From a virus (Duplodnaviria > Caudoviricetes): DNA of 29,211 bases. Below are positions 1-8,361 of the stretch, piece after piece. How positions within the stretch are numbered: position 1 is the stretch's first letter; every line of letters starts with the position of its first letter. Both the position numbers and the translations under genes were made by a program. The stretch spans positions 1-29,211 of IMG/VR virus record IMGVR_UViG_3300031965_000117, one strand, 5' to 3'. Below the pieces are notes generated by a model. That model ran no database searches and was not told the origin of the DNA. It was given only the letters and a program-made list of their open reading frames with translations.

Positions 1-2
1 AT

Positions 3-428
3 CTGACCAGCGGCGGCGCTGCTGCTCACGTGGCGCTCACGAAATTAGCTGCTCGACTCGGGCGGGTTCGCGTTGTTCACGGTAACTGGGATCGGTGCCT
101 AAATAGTCACTACGGCGGCAAAAAAACGGCAGTGTTTCTCGATCCTCCCTATTGCGGATATGAAAAACTGTACGGCGACTCAGCCCCCGTTGCTGACGAG
201 GTTGCCTCCTGGGCTCGAGATAATGCCGGTTTGCGCGTGGCCATCTGCGGCCACGTCGGTGACTACGACTTGCCCGGGTGGGACGCTGTCCAGTGGTCAC
301 GCGGTGCAAGCCCATACGCGGGCAAGGAAACGACTGATCTTGAGTGCATCTGGTTCAGCCCGGCGTGCATCAAGCCAGAGCCGGCGCGACAGGTTGATAT
401 GTTTGAGATGCTCAAGGAGCCAGCGTGA
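3..428 (+). CDS. DNA N6-adenine methyltransferase, C-terminal part (5' truncated by window edge)
   Basis: Motif IV 'VFLDPPY'; frame open from base 3; C-terminal 'ECIWFSP' as in phage Dam/D12-class MTases. Confidence 0.8.
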   Translation: MTSGGAAAHVALTKLAARLGRVRVVHGNWDRCLNSHYGGKKTAVFLDPPYCGYEKLYGDSAPVADEVASWARDNAGLRVAICGHVGDYDLPGWDAVQWSRGASPYAGKETTDLECIWFSPACIKPEPARQVDMFEMLKEPA

Positions 429-643
429 GTTTCATTTCCCTAGGCTCCGACCCGGGCCTATCGAGCCCAGCCGTCGGCATCGTCGAGCGGTCGTCGAAGG
501 GCTGGGCCCTGCTCGACAGTCCTGTGTTGCGATCACTGGATGACCTGATGTCATACCTCGCAGACTGTCCATTCGACGTGAAATGCTGCTCGGCCGAATC
601 TGTTATGTCGATAAGAACACAGGTTTGCTGTGGCGGGAGGTGA
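425..643 (+). pseudogene. ruvC: Truncated RuvC-like Holliday junction resolvase (N-terminal 72 aa only)
   Basis: N-terminus 'ISLGSDPGLSSPAVGIVE' matches RuvC motif I (hLGhDPG...GhG..E); 'DVKCCSAES' supplies the second acidic motif; ORF stops at less than half RuvC length; GTGA overlap with MTase. Confidence 0.55.
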
Positions 644-647
644 GATC

Positions 648-1004
648 GTGAGTGAGACCGACCTTCTGCGATCGATTATCAAAGAGCTTACCAGTGCTGG
701 ATACTGGGTTTTTCGCGTGAATTCCGGAACGCGCGGCTCTGGAACGGTGAAGCTGGCGCCGCCGGGAACACCTGACATCTGCTGTGTTTCGCCGCCGGGT
801 TGGATAGAGGTGAAGCTGCCAGGCGAATCGCTAAGCGAGAAACAGGCTGAATGGCACGCGCGAGCTAAGGGGCGTGGTGTGCGCGTCGGGAGCGTTAGCG
901 GTGTGAGTGAGGCCATGGTGCTCGTTGGCACTTGGGTGCGCCAGGACTCGACGCGCGAAGGTGCGGCACTGGAGCTCAAGAGAATTGCGGAGGACATGCT
1001 GTGA
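648..1004 (+). CDS. VRR-NUC domain endonuclease (putative Holliday junction resolvase)
   Basis: 'SETDLLRSI...GTPDI...WIEVKLPGESLSEKQAEW...G' is the VRR-NUC PD-(D/E)xK signature; GTG at 648 preceded by GGAGGT. Confidence 0.85.
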   Translation: MSETDLLRSIIKELTSAGYWVFRVNSGTRGSGTVKLAPPGTPDICCVSPPGWIEVKLPGESLSEKQAEWHARAKGRGVRVGSVSGVSEAMVLVGTWVRQDSTREGAALELKRIAEDML

Positions 1005-1192
1005 GCCACGGCATCACCTACACGCCCGAGCTGCTCCGAACGCTCGGCTGCCAGACTCTCACCGTCGAGACGCCCGTATGCTCGACCTGGCCTGCTTGCA
1101 CCGTCTGCGGGAGGCGGGTTGGCGGCATCCGGGCGACGCATGGGCGAGAGCATTGTTCGGCGCGGTGTGCGCGAGGAGGTAAACGTGATTAA
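1001..1192 (+). CDS. Small zinc-finger-like hypothetical protein (63 aa)
   Basis: GTGA overlap with upstream stop, GGAGGA RBS; CTVC...CSARC motif. Confidence 0.55.
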   Translation: MSHGITYTPELLRTLGCQTLTVETPVCSTWPACTVCGRRVGGIRATHGREHCSARCARGGKRD

Positions 1193-1688
1193 GGGAATTC
1201 CAACAACCTACGAGGGTGTCAATTTTCGAAGCCGCACAGAGGCAGCGTTCGCTGCGTTCTTTGAGCGGGTCGGTTGGAATTGGGAATACGAACCCGTGGA
1301 TCTTGAGGGATACATACCTGACTTCATCGTGCGATTCCCTGCCGGTCCACTGCTCCTCGAGATCAAGGGCCCAGTGGAGGAGGTAGCACTCGCCGAATCC
1401 AAGGTTGAGGTGTCCGGGTGGAATCGCGAGGCGTTGATACTCTGCGCTCCGAATCGGACACCTGAGGTCGGTCGCCTGCTTGAGTGGCACGATGGCGAGC
1501 CGTTGTGGGGCCAGGCAGAGCTTTTCAGGTGCCTATCCTGTGGCGAGGTCTCGGTGCTTTGCCGTGAGCTGTCGTGGCGCTGCAGGGCATGCGGAGACGG
1601 CTGGGGAAACGCCCACGTCGGAGACTACGACCCTGCAGAGGACTGGGCGCACGCGTGCAATCGTGTTCAATGGAGGGCAGCGGTTTGA
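1185..1688 (+). CDS. PD-(D/E)xK-family endonuclease with C-terminal zinc ribbon
   Basis: 'FRSRTEAAFAAFF...WEYEP...YIPDF...LEIKG' typical of phage PDDEXK proteins; CLSC/CRAC pair; GAGGAGGT RBS before GTG 1185. Confidence 0.8.
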   Translation: MIKGIPTTYEGVNFRSRTEAAFAAFFERVGWNWEYEPVDLEGYIPDFIVRFPAGPLLLEIKGPVEEVALAESKVEVSGWNREALILCAPNRTPEVGRLLEWHDGEPLWGQAELFRCLSCGEVSVLCRELSWRCRACGDGWGNAHVGDYDPAEDWAHACNRVQWRAAV

Positions 1689-2461
1689 GCTGGCTTCGTC
1701 TCGATGACCGGTTCCACAGGCACCGTAAGGTCGCTCCGCTTCACGACCGTGTCTGGCGTCTACACGTTACCGGCCTCTTGGAATGTTGCGCGAACGGGAC
1801 CGATGGCCGAGTCGACCGTGAGTTGCCGCAAACCTGGCCATCTGTACCGCGCGGCAAGGCACTAGCTAACGCAATCGATCAACTTGTTGATCGCGGACTC
1901 TGGGAAGAGACGGAAAGCGGCTGGATGATTCATGATTTCTTGGAGTGGAACATCAGCGCGGACAGGGCGGAGGCAATCAAAAAAGCAAGGTCAGAGGCAG
2001 GCAAACGAGGTGGAAAACGGTCAGCAAAACGCAAGCAAACGTCCAAGCAATTGCTTGAGCAAACACCAAGCACTCCGGAAGCAAACATCCAAGCGAATTT
2101 CAACCCCGATCCCGATCCCGATCCCGATCCCGATCCAGGTGATCATGATCACCCCCCTACCCCCCTCAGGGTTTCGAAGCCAGAAACCGACCCGCTAACT
2201 GAAAGCGACAAGAGGCAACTCGAAGTTGACCTGATGGCGCCACGTGAGTTCGTGGACCGGGCAGTCGCTGACTGGGTGGCTGAGCCAGCGTCACCTGGCA
2301 CCGAGCGCTTCGCTGAGCAGTGGCGAACGACAGTGATCAAGGTTGTCCGTGGTTCGTGGCGAGATCCTCGGAGGCGACGAGAAATTCTGGCAAGTCTTGA
2401 TCCGGTGGAAGACACCGACGGAGCCATCGAAGTCGACGAAACCGGGAGGGCAACCGCGTGA
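1685..2461 (+). CDS. Phage replication initiator / replisome organiser (winged-helix)
   Basis: TTG start overlapping upstream TGA; 'WLRLDDRFHRHRKV...LVDRGLWE...GWMIHDFLEWN...RSEAGKRGG' and PDPDPD linker are typical of phage initiators; directly upstream of primase/helicase. Confidence 0.75.
   Translation: MSWLRLDDRFHRHRKVAPLHDRVWRLHVTGLLECCANGTDGRVDRELPQTWPSVPRGKALANAIDQLVDRGLWEETESGWMIHDFLEWNISADRAEAIKKARSEAGKRGGKRSAKRKQTSKQLLEQTPSTPEANIQANFNPDPDPDPDPDPGDHDHPPTPLRVSKPETDPLTESDKRQLEVDLMAPREFVDRAVADWVAEPASPGTERFAEQWRTTVIKVVRGSWRDPRRRREILASLDPVEDTDGAIEVDETGRATA
2034..2094. promoter_or_regulatory. Putative replication origin iterons inside initiator gene
   Basis: Direct repeats AGCAAACGTCCAAGC (2034), AGCAAACACCAAGC (2058), AGCAAACATCCAAGC (2080); perfect 14-bp palindrome CAAGCAATTGCTTG at 2044-2057; locally A-rich. 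Confidence 0.55.
2105..2134 (+). repeat. (CCCGAT)5 tandem hexamer encoding PDPDPDPDPD
   Basis: Five exact copies read directly from the sequence. Confidence 0.95.
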
Positions 2462-3489
2462 CACGGATCGAATTCTCGGAAGCTGTGCGCGACATTCGAA
2501 ACGCGCTAAGTGACCCTATGCGCTTGGTGCGCGTTATGGGTCTCGAGAAAGGCGCTAAGCCACAGCACGGATACGTACTAGTGTGCTGCCCAGCTCACGG
2601 CGACCGCGACCCAAGCTGTAGCATCTCGAGGGGGCCGGACGGAACGGCGCGAGCTCGGTGTTTCAGTTGCGACTGGTCTGCGGACGCGATCGGCGTCATC
2701 GCGATGGTGCACGGTCTATCGACGCGTGGTGACCAATTTCGCGAGGTGCTGATCGCTGGGGCTGAGGCGGCGGGGCTTCTTGAGTTGGCCTACCAGCTCA
2801 GACGCCCGGACGATGTCCCACTCGAACGGCGGCCCGTCCCAGTCCCGGCACCCGTACCTGACCCCGAGTATCCGGAATCCGCAGAACTCGAAGAGCTCTG
2901 GTCCACGAGTGTACCAGTGGAGGATGACCGCGACGGATCGCGGGTGCTCGTCAAACGGAAGATCGATCCTGTAGAGGTTAGTTTGCGCGACTTGGCTCGA
3001 TCGATACCAGACGGGACTGAACTTCCGGAGTGGGCGCGCTATCGTGGTAAGCCTTGGACACGTACGGGGCACCGGGTGCTGCTTCGGGTATTTGATCATT
3101 GTGGCGTGTTTAAGAGCGTGCGCGCGTGGCGCGTCATCGAAGGGGACACGCCGAAACGTCTTCCCCCGGCGGGGCGTAAGGCGTCTGGACTGGTTCTCGC
3201 AAACCGCATGGCTCTTGGGATGCTGCGTCGTCAGGTATGCCCGCTTGAACTCGTCATAGTCGAAGGTGAACCGGACTTTTTGGTAGCGTGCACGTCGTGG
3301 CGCCCTGGCGTGGCCGTTATTGGGATTGGTTCTGGTAGCTGGACGCAGGACTTTGCGCGAGCTGTTCCTGCCGGAACCAGCGTGGCAATAGCTACCGACA
3401 ACGACCACGCTGGTGATCGGTACGCGGATGCGATCGAAGAAACACTTGGGCCAAAGCGAAAGCTGTGGCGATGGAGGGCTAGCGCGTGA
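2458..3489 (+). CDS. DNA primase (CHC2 zinc finger + TOPRIM)
   Basis: 'CCPAHGDRDPS...CFSC' zinc-binding domain; TOPRIM motifs 'VIVEGEPD' and 'ATDNDHAG'. Confidence 0.9.
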   Translation: MTRIEFSEAVRDIRNALSDPMRLVRVMGLEKGAKPQHGYVLVCCPAHGDRDPSCSISRGPDGTARARCFSCDWSADAIGVIAMVHGLSTRGDQFREVLIAGAEAAGLLELAYQLRRPDDVPLERRPVPVPAPVPDPEYPESAELEELWSTSVPVEDDRDGSRVLVKRKIDPVEVSLRDLARSIPDGTELPEWARYRGKPWTRTGHRVLLRVFDHCGVFKSVRAWRVIEGDTPKRLPPAGRKASGLVLANRMALGMLRRQVCPLELVIVEGEPDFLVACTSWRPGVAVIGIGSGSWTQDFARAVPAGTSVAIATDNDHAGDRYADAIEETLGPKRKLWRWRASA

Positions 3490-4526
3490 GCAACGAGAAA
3501 GACCTGGCAGAGCAGCACCAATCTGGCGGAGTAGGCGGTAAGCTCGTACCAATAACAGATGCAGCGCGCAGAGCCGACGACGACGCGAAGCGTCTATTGA
3601 CGGTTCGTCAGCTGTTGCAGGGCGCCGAAGAACGGGCAAAGTCAGAGCGAGTAAAGGTGTGCACGTTCGGGCACGCTGAAATCGACAACGACACCGGCGG
3701 CGTCATGCCTGGATTCGTTTGGGTGTTTGGAGCTGACACCAGCTGGGGCAAGAGCTCTCTCGGCGTGATGCTCGTTGACGAGAATATTAAAGCTGGCAAA
3801 CGGTGTCTCATCGTGTCTGCGGAAGACGCAGAATCGCTCTACGGCGATCGTTTGATGTGCCGGCGTTCCCGCGTGAATGCGTCACGGCTGCTATTGAAAA
3901 ACCTCAATGACTACGAACAAGCGCAGGTGGCACGAGTAGCAGCAGTATCCGAAGACGTTCCGGTGTTCCTCGACGCTCGTGGCAAGAGCGCAGAATGGGC
4001 AGGGCAGCAGGTTAAGAAATTGATCCGGCTCGAGAAGATCGATCTTGTGCTCTACGACTACCTTCAGGCATTCGACAACCAAAGGGCACAACAGGACCGA
4101 CGCAATTCGCTAACGTATATAGCCCGCGTGCTCACTGATGCGGTCAAGAGCGAGAACATTGCTGGTGTCATCTACAGTCAGATCACGGTCAGCGACGCAA
4201 AGGGCGGCAAGAAGCATCCCGATAAGCACTCGATTCGCGACTCGCGCGACGTATCGAACGCAGCGGAAGTTGTGGCTTTAGGTTTCGTGCCCGAGAACGG
4301 CATCAAGAGCAAACATGGAGGGTGGCGAGTGGAACCTGGAAAGCGCGCCGTGCTACTCGACAAGGTGAAGAATGGTGTTGCGAAGCGTTTCTACTCTATG
4401 AAGTGGGACGATAACTCCGCGTGTTTCGACGCAGTGAAGGACGCGGAACAAGAGCGCTTAGAGCAGATGGCGGACGAGATGGCGCGCGAAAACGGAACCG
4501 ATGACGAAGAACTCTGGGACAACTAG
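3486..4526 (+). CDS. dnaB: DnaB-like (SF4) replicative helicase
   Basis: Walker A 'GADTSWGKSS', 'VSAED', Walker B 'LVLYDYLQ', 'YSQI', 'IRDS...NAAEVV', 'KVKNG'. Confidence 0.88.
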   Translation: MSNEKDLAEQHQSGGVGGKLVPITDAARRADDDAKRLLTVRQLLQGAEERAKSERVKVCTFGHAEIDNDTGGVMPGFVWVFGADTSWGKSSLGVMLVDENIKAGKRCLIVSAEDAESLYGDRLMCRRSRVNASRLLLKNLNDYEQAQVARVAAVSEDVPVFLDARGKSAEWAGQQVKKLIRLEKIDLVLYDYLQAFDNQRAQQDRRNSLTYIARVLTDAVKSENIAGVIYSQITVSDAKGGKKHPDKHSIRDSRDVSNAAEVVALGFVPENGIKSKHGGWRVEPGKRAVLLDKVKNGVAKRFYSMKWDDNSACFDAVKDAEQERLEQMADEMARENGTDDEELWDN

Positions 4527-4534
4527 GAGACGTA

Positions 4535-4705
4535 ATGCCAAACCCCACCCCTCCGAATTCAACCACCCCCGCCCCCGCCTCGGAACCCGTGCTTCATCTG
4601 CCGAAAACCCCAACGGCAGAACAGCGACCGCGCGCTATTGTGGCGAGGCGGCAAGCTCGTTGGTGTTTTGTGCCAGGTGTTGGGAGGCGATGTGATTGCC
4701 GTTAG
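4535..4705 (+). CDS. Small hypothetical protein (56 aa, Pro-rich N-terminus, C-terminal Cys)
   Basis: AGGAGA RBS before ATG 4535; fills the gap after helicase; below ORF-track cutoff, translated by hand. Confidence 0.45.
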   Translation: MPNPTPPNSTTPAPASEPVLHLPKTPTAEQRPRAIVARRQARWCFVPGVGRRCDCR

Positions 4706-5042
4706 CAACATCAACGAACCAACCGTCAGATACGGCTACTGCGGCACCGGATGTGGAGTACCAGGAGTGTACTGCTCATTCTGCGGGCGCGGCGGCGACA
4801 CGACACCCAACACAAGGCGGGAGTGGATCGTAATCAATCCACCTGGGCCCGAAGCCCCACCGCTAACAGCTCACAGCGAGACCATGCGCCAACTTCGGGC
4901 AAGGCTATCGAGAGAAGCTGCAAAGTTTTGGGGTTCTTTGATACGCAAACAGTCGCTCGGGGCGCGGCCAGGGTTGTTGTTTCGCAACGTGCGAGTCGGC
5001 AGAGCGGTTGGAGTATCGGAGATGTGGAGAGTTACGATATGA
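4692..5042 (+). CDS. Hypothetical protein with Cys cluster (CGTGC...CSFC)
   Basis: GGGAGG RBS before GTG 4692; stop overlaps next ATG. Confidence 0.5.
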   Translation: MIAVSNINEPTVRYGYCGTGCGVPGVYCSFCGRGGDTTPNTRREWIVINPPGPEAPPLTAHSETMRQLRARLSREAAKFWGSLIRKQSLGARPGLLFRNVRVGRAVGVSEMWRVTI

Positions 5043-5197
5043 TACTTAACGAGTACGACACTTTCCGCGTGTTCGATTGGCATCATGTGCTGACGCCGAT
5101 CGTCATCGATACGCTCGCCATCGACGCGCAGTCCTGTATGTACCACCACGCCCTCTACGTGTTCGGGCTGCGAGTGGCTAGGTGGTGCAGCCGATGA
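5039..5197 (+). CDS. Small hypothetical protein (52 aa)
   Basis: ATGA overlaps at both ends; GGAG upstream. Confidence 0.45.
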   Translation: MILNEYDTFRVFDWHHVLTPIVIDTLAIDAQSCMYHHALYVFGLRVARWCSR

Positions 5198-5286
5198 GAA
5201 TCACTGACGGACCCACCATCCACTACCCCGACCGGCGACCGCTGTTGGCCCGCGTGGTCGCGCGGGTCATGCGGGTGTTGTTGTGA
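5194..5286 (+). CDS. Micro-ORF (30 aa, MRITDGPTIHYPDRRPLLARVVARVMRVLL)
   Basis: Starts with ATGA overlap and ends with GTGA overlap into the 5283 gene; exactly fills the gap. Confidence 0.4.
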   Translation: MRITDGPTIHYPDRRPLLARVVARVMRVLL

Positions 5287-6230
5287 ATACGCGAGGCCTC
5301 GACGACATGATCGCAACGATGCTTTCGCGGAGCGCCCCGGGTGCCGGCTCGAACTACGGCGGAATGTGCGAGCGCGTGGCGTCGATGGCAATCATCGGCT
5401 ACCCCTGCGGGCGCTGCGACGGCATGGGATTTCGGGAGCTGGAGCCAGAGGAGCTAGCGCGCTGGCGCGTACGGATCTTGGGTGCCAAGCGCCCAGGCGA
5501 CCGTGACGAGCTACGAGCGATGCTGTCGCTTGAGTCGACATGCCGCATTTGCGACGGCACAGGGTTCATCACTGGTCGCATCGCTACGGTCAAGATTGAT
5601 TCGATGTGGACCACTGTCTGGTGCGGTAAGTGCCGAGGCAGCGGCGAGACGTGGCCGCCGTCGGACCGCACAGCGGAGATCGAAGACGTGTGTCAGCGTT
5701 GCGGTGGGGCGATGTACGTGGTCCCAATCACGGTGCGATCGGTAGGCTCGACCCGGAGCGGGAGGCTACCGCGGCACGCTGTCGACCTGAGCTCCGACGG
5801 ACTGGAGATTGACACGGGGCAGCGAGAGGAGCTGTCTGAGTGGGTCGACGAGACGAGTCTGCTGGAGTTTGGTCGGGCTAGCGCCGCGCTCGAGGAGTTG
5901 CGGCGGACTGACGAGGCTACTGCGGCCGCTGTGGAGGCGTACTGCGGCCCCCAGGGCGACCAGTGGGGCAAGCGCTCCTGGGGCCGCCTGTTCGCGCTGT
6001 GGCCGCTCACTACGTCCGGCAGCAGGCTGCTTGAGCTGGGCCTGTCGCGGTCCCGGGAGGACATTAGGCACCTGCTTGACCCGCTCCAGGTACTGGCGAC
6101 CGAGCGCGAGGGCGAGGCCAGAGCGGCGCAGCCTGACCAGCAGCGGCGGCACTACATTCGAAAAGCCGACCAAGAGGCCAGGGCGCTGTGGATCCATGCC
6201 CAGGACGTCATGCGCGAGGTGGCATTGTGA
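5283..6230 (+). CDS. DnaJ-type zinc-finger protein, putative late-gene regulator / Q-like antiterminator
   Basis: Four CxxCxG motifs (CGRCDGMG, CRICDGTG, CGKCRGSG, CQRCGGAM); position at early/late boundary; function inferred. Confidence 0.55.
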   Translation: MNTRGLDDMIATMLSRSAPGAGSNYGGMCERVASMAIIGYPCGRCDGMGFRELEPEELARWRVRILGAKRPGDRDELRAMLSLESTCRICDGTGFITGRIATVKIDSMWTTVWCGKCRGSGETWPPSDRTAEIEDVCQRCGGAMYVVPITVRSVGSTRSGRLPRHAVDLSSDGLEIDTGQREELSEWVDETSLLEFGRASAALEELRRTDEATAAAVEAYCGPQGDQWGKRSWGRLFALWPLTTSGSRLLELGLSRSREDIRHLLDPLQVLATEREGEARAAQPDQQRRHYIRKADQEARALWIHAQDVMREVAL

Positions 6231-6454
6231 TTCCTCCGTACCTGACCATGCGGGAGATTGCGAAGGCCTGCCGCCTGCCAACATGGAAGGTCAAACGGCG
6301 ACTTCTGGCTACAGGTATCGCTGAGCGTCATGGCGGACCAAGATCGGGCTGGGTTGTCGGCGAGAGCAGACTCCGAGAGCGCCTACCTGAGATGTACGAC
6401 CGTGTGTGGGAGCACTTCGCGAAACTCGAACGAACTCGGACGTGCAATGACTAA
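6227..6454 (+). CDS. Small helix-turn-helix DNA-binding protein (excisionase/MerR-like)
   Basis: 'YLTMREIAKACRLPTWKVKRRL...G..W.V' pattern; GTGA overlap, GAGG RBS. Confidence 0.65.
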   Translation: MIPPYLTMREIAKACRLPTWKVKRRLLATGIAERHGGPRSGWVVGESRLRERLPEMYDRVWEHFAKLERTRTCND

Positions 6455-6551
6455 CTCGCACTTTTTTCAGGGGGGTCAAGAAGGGTATATCTCCAGCGAC
6501 GCAAAGGCCCCCGCCGGGGCCGGAGCGAGTAAGAGCGATCGGCAAGGACGA

Positions 6552-7022
6552 ATGGCGACCAAAGACCGCGGCACGAGACCAGGGAAGAAGATCCCTCTCA
6601 CGGAGCTAGCGATGATTCTGGTCTTCGCTGACCTGAACACCGACAGAAAAGCGTCAGCAGAATTCGGCATAGCTGCCCGCACAATCCAGAGACACCGAAA
6701 GGCAATGCTCTCTGGTCGAATGCCGAGCCTGTCGCAGCTTGTCGCTAAACTGAAGAGCGAAACACTGGAGCATCAAAGGGATGTTTTGGTCTTGGCGTTC
6801 GAGGAAAGTCTCAATCGTGTTAGGGAGTTATTGCCTGGAGCAACACTGGCAGAGGCCAGAGGAGCAATGCGCGACATCGGCGAATTGATGCTGCAGCGCG
6901 ACGTGTTGCGCGACGATGAGAGTTCTAGCGCTGATACAGAAGGCCGAGAGGCTGAAGAAACTGAAGGCGGAGCAGCGGGCTCGTTCCCGGCGCCGCCAGT
7001 TCAACACCCGGCCATCAACTGA
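6552..7022 (+). CDS. Putative terminase small subunit
   Basis: N-terminal HTH 'DRKASAEFGIAARTIQRHRK', helical body, immediately upstream of and overlapping TerL; AAGGA RBS. Confidence 0.7.
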   Translation: MATKDRGTRPGKKIPLTELAMILVFADLNTDRKASAEFGIAARTIQRHRKAMLSGRMPSLSQLVAKLKSETLEHQRDVLVLAFEESLNRVRELLPGATLAEARGAMRDIGELMLQRDVLRDDESSSADTEGREAEETEGGAAGSFPAPPVQHPAIN

Positions 7023-8361
7023 GAAAAAAGGCGGCGTACTCGACCTGTTCGAGTGGTTGTCGCCGAAACTGTACAGGCCAGAGCACTTCCGGGTTTATGC
7101 GGGCAAGCTAGAGCTTGCTGTGGGCGCAGAACTTCGGGTTGTCTTCGCGGCACCGCCTCAGCACGGAAAAACCGAGATCACTCTTCACGGGCTGGTCTGG
7201 ATGATCCGAAAGCATCCAGGTAAGCGGCACGCTTACATCACCTACAATCAGAGCCGGGCTCGCCGCATGGCGAAAAAGTTCCGGCGGCTTCTCGCGAACG
7301 CTGGAATCGTCACCGCTGGGACGCTCGAAAACGTCGAGCTGCCAAACTTCGGTCAGGTGCTGTTTACGTCGATCGACGGAGGCATCACGGGTGAGCCAGT
7401 CGATGGCGTCGCTCTCATCGATGACCCTTACAAAAACCGCAAGGAAGCCGACTCTGCTCGCAGACGCGAGATAGTTCTCGAGAGCTATCGCGAGGCCATT
7501 GAGACCCGTGTGCATCCAGGGGCAAGCATCATGGTTCTTGCTACCCGGTGGCACCCGGACGATCTAAGCGGCACGCTTATCAGTGAGGGATGGGAGGAAA
7601 TAAACCTCCCGGCAATCGCTAACGACAACAGCGACCCGAACGGTCGAGAACTTGGTCAGCCACTCTTTCCGAAGATGTGGCCACTAGAGGCGCTCGAAAA
7701 GAAGCGCGCCAAGGTGCTCGACTTCACGTTCGATGCGCTCTACCAAGGCCGGCCGCGTCCCAAGGGCGGCAAGGTCTTCAAAGAAGTTTTCTACTACAGC
7801 AAGCTGCCGACCAAGTTTCGCGGCGCCTATGGCGTTGACTTGGCGTTCACTGCCAAGACTCAGTCGGACTGGTCGATCTGTCTCGAACTATGGGTCGACG
7901 CTGTCGAGACCAAAGACGGCGAGCCGATTTTCTACATAAAGCACGTTGACCGTGCTCAAGTAGAGGCGCCGTCCTTCACGCTGACGCTGAAGGCGCGGCA
8001 CGTAGCGCGCAAGGCATGGCGCATGCTGTGGCGAGCGTCGGGTCCAGAAGTAGGCTCGGCGCAGTTCATTCGTAAGCAGCAGATCCCTCTACTTGTACAG
8101 CAACCGCCAGGGGACAAGCTGGTTTCGGCTACTGACGTAGCTGCCGCCTGGAACGACGGGCGGGTGTTAATGCCTGACCCGGACGAGTTTCCGGAAGAAT
8201 GGGACGAGTGGGGACATGCCTTCATTGCCATAATCCAGAACTTCACCGGAACCGGAAAAGAAAAAGACGACGACGTTGACGCTCTCGGCAATGCCCACAA
8301 GGCCCTAATGTCAGGGAGCGCAAGAACCCGCGCGTTGATAATACCGAGACGAGAAGACTAA
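6916..8361 (+). CDS. terL: Terminase large subunit
   Basis: Walker A 'APPQHGKTE', Walker B 'ALIDDPYK', 'TRWHPDDL', nuclease motifs 'GVDLA' and 'KDDDVDA'. Confidence 0.95.
   Translation: MRVLALIQKAERLKKLKAEQRARSRRRQFNTRPSTEKKGGVLDLFEWLSPKLYRPEHFRVYAGKLELAVGAELRVVFAAPPQHGKTEITLHGLVWMIRKHPGKRHAYITYNQSRARRMAKKFRRLLANAGIVTAGTLENVELPNFGQVLFTSIDGGITGEPVDGVALIDDPYKNRKEADSARRREIVLESYREAIETRVHPGASIMVLATRWHPDDLSGTLISEGWEEINLPAIANDNSDPNGRELGQPLFPKMWPLEALEKKRAKVLDFTFDALYQGRPRPKGGKVFKEVFYYSKLPTKFRGAYGVDLAFTAKTQSDWSICLELWVDAVETKDGEPIFYIKHVDRAQVEAPSFTLTLKARHVARKAWRMLWRASGPEVGSAQFIRKQQIPLLVQQPPGDKLVSATDVAAAWNDGRVLMPDPDEFPEEWDEWGHAFIAIIQNFTGTGKEKDDDVDALGNAHKALMSGSARTRALIIPRRED

Noticed and set aside
2034-2134. 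Repeats considered as a CRISPR array
   Set aside because: Units are 6-15 bp with no spacer-length unique sequences and lie within a coding frame
2716-3639. 307-aa minus-strand ORF
   Set aside because: Lies antisense to the primase and helicase, which have clear catalytic motifs
5283-6230. Annotation as DnaJ chaperone
   Set aside because: Only the Cys-rich motifs are present; no J-domain HPD motif or G/F region
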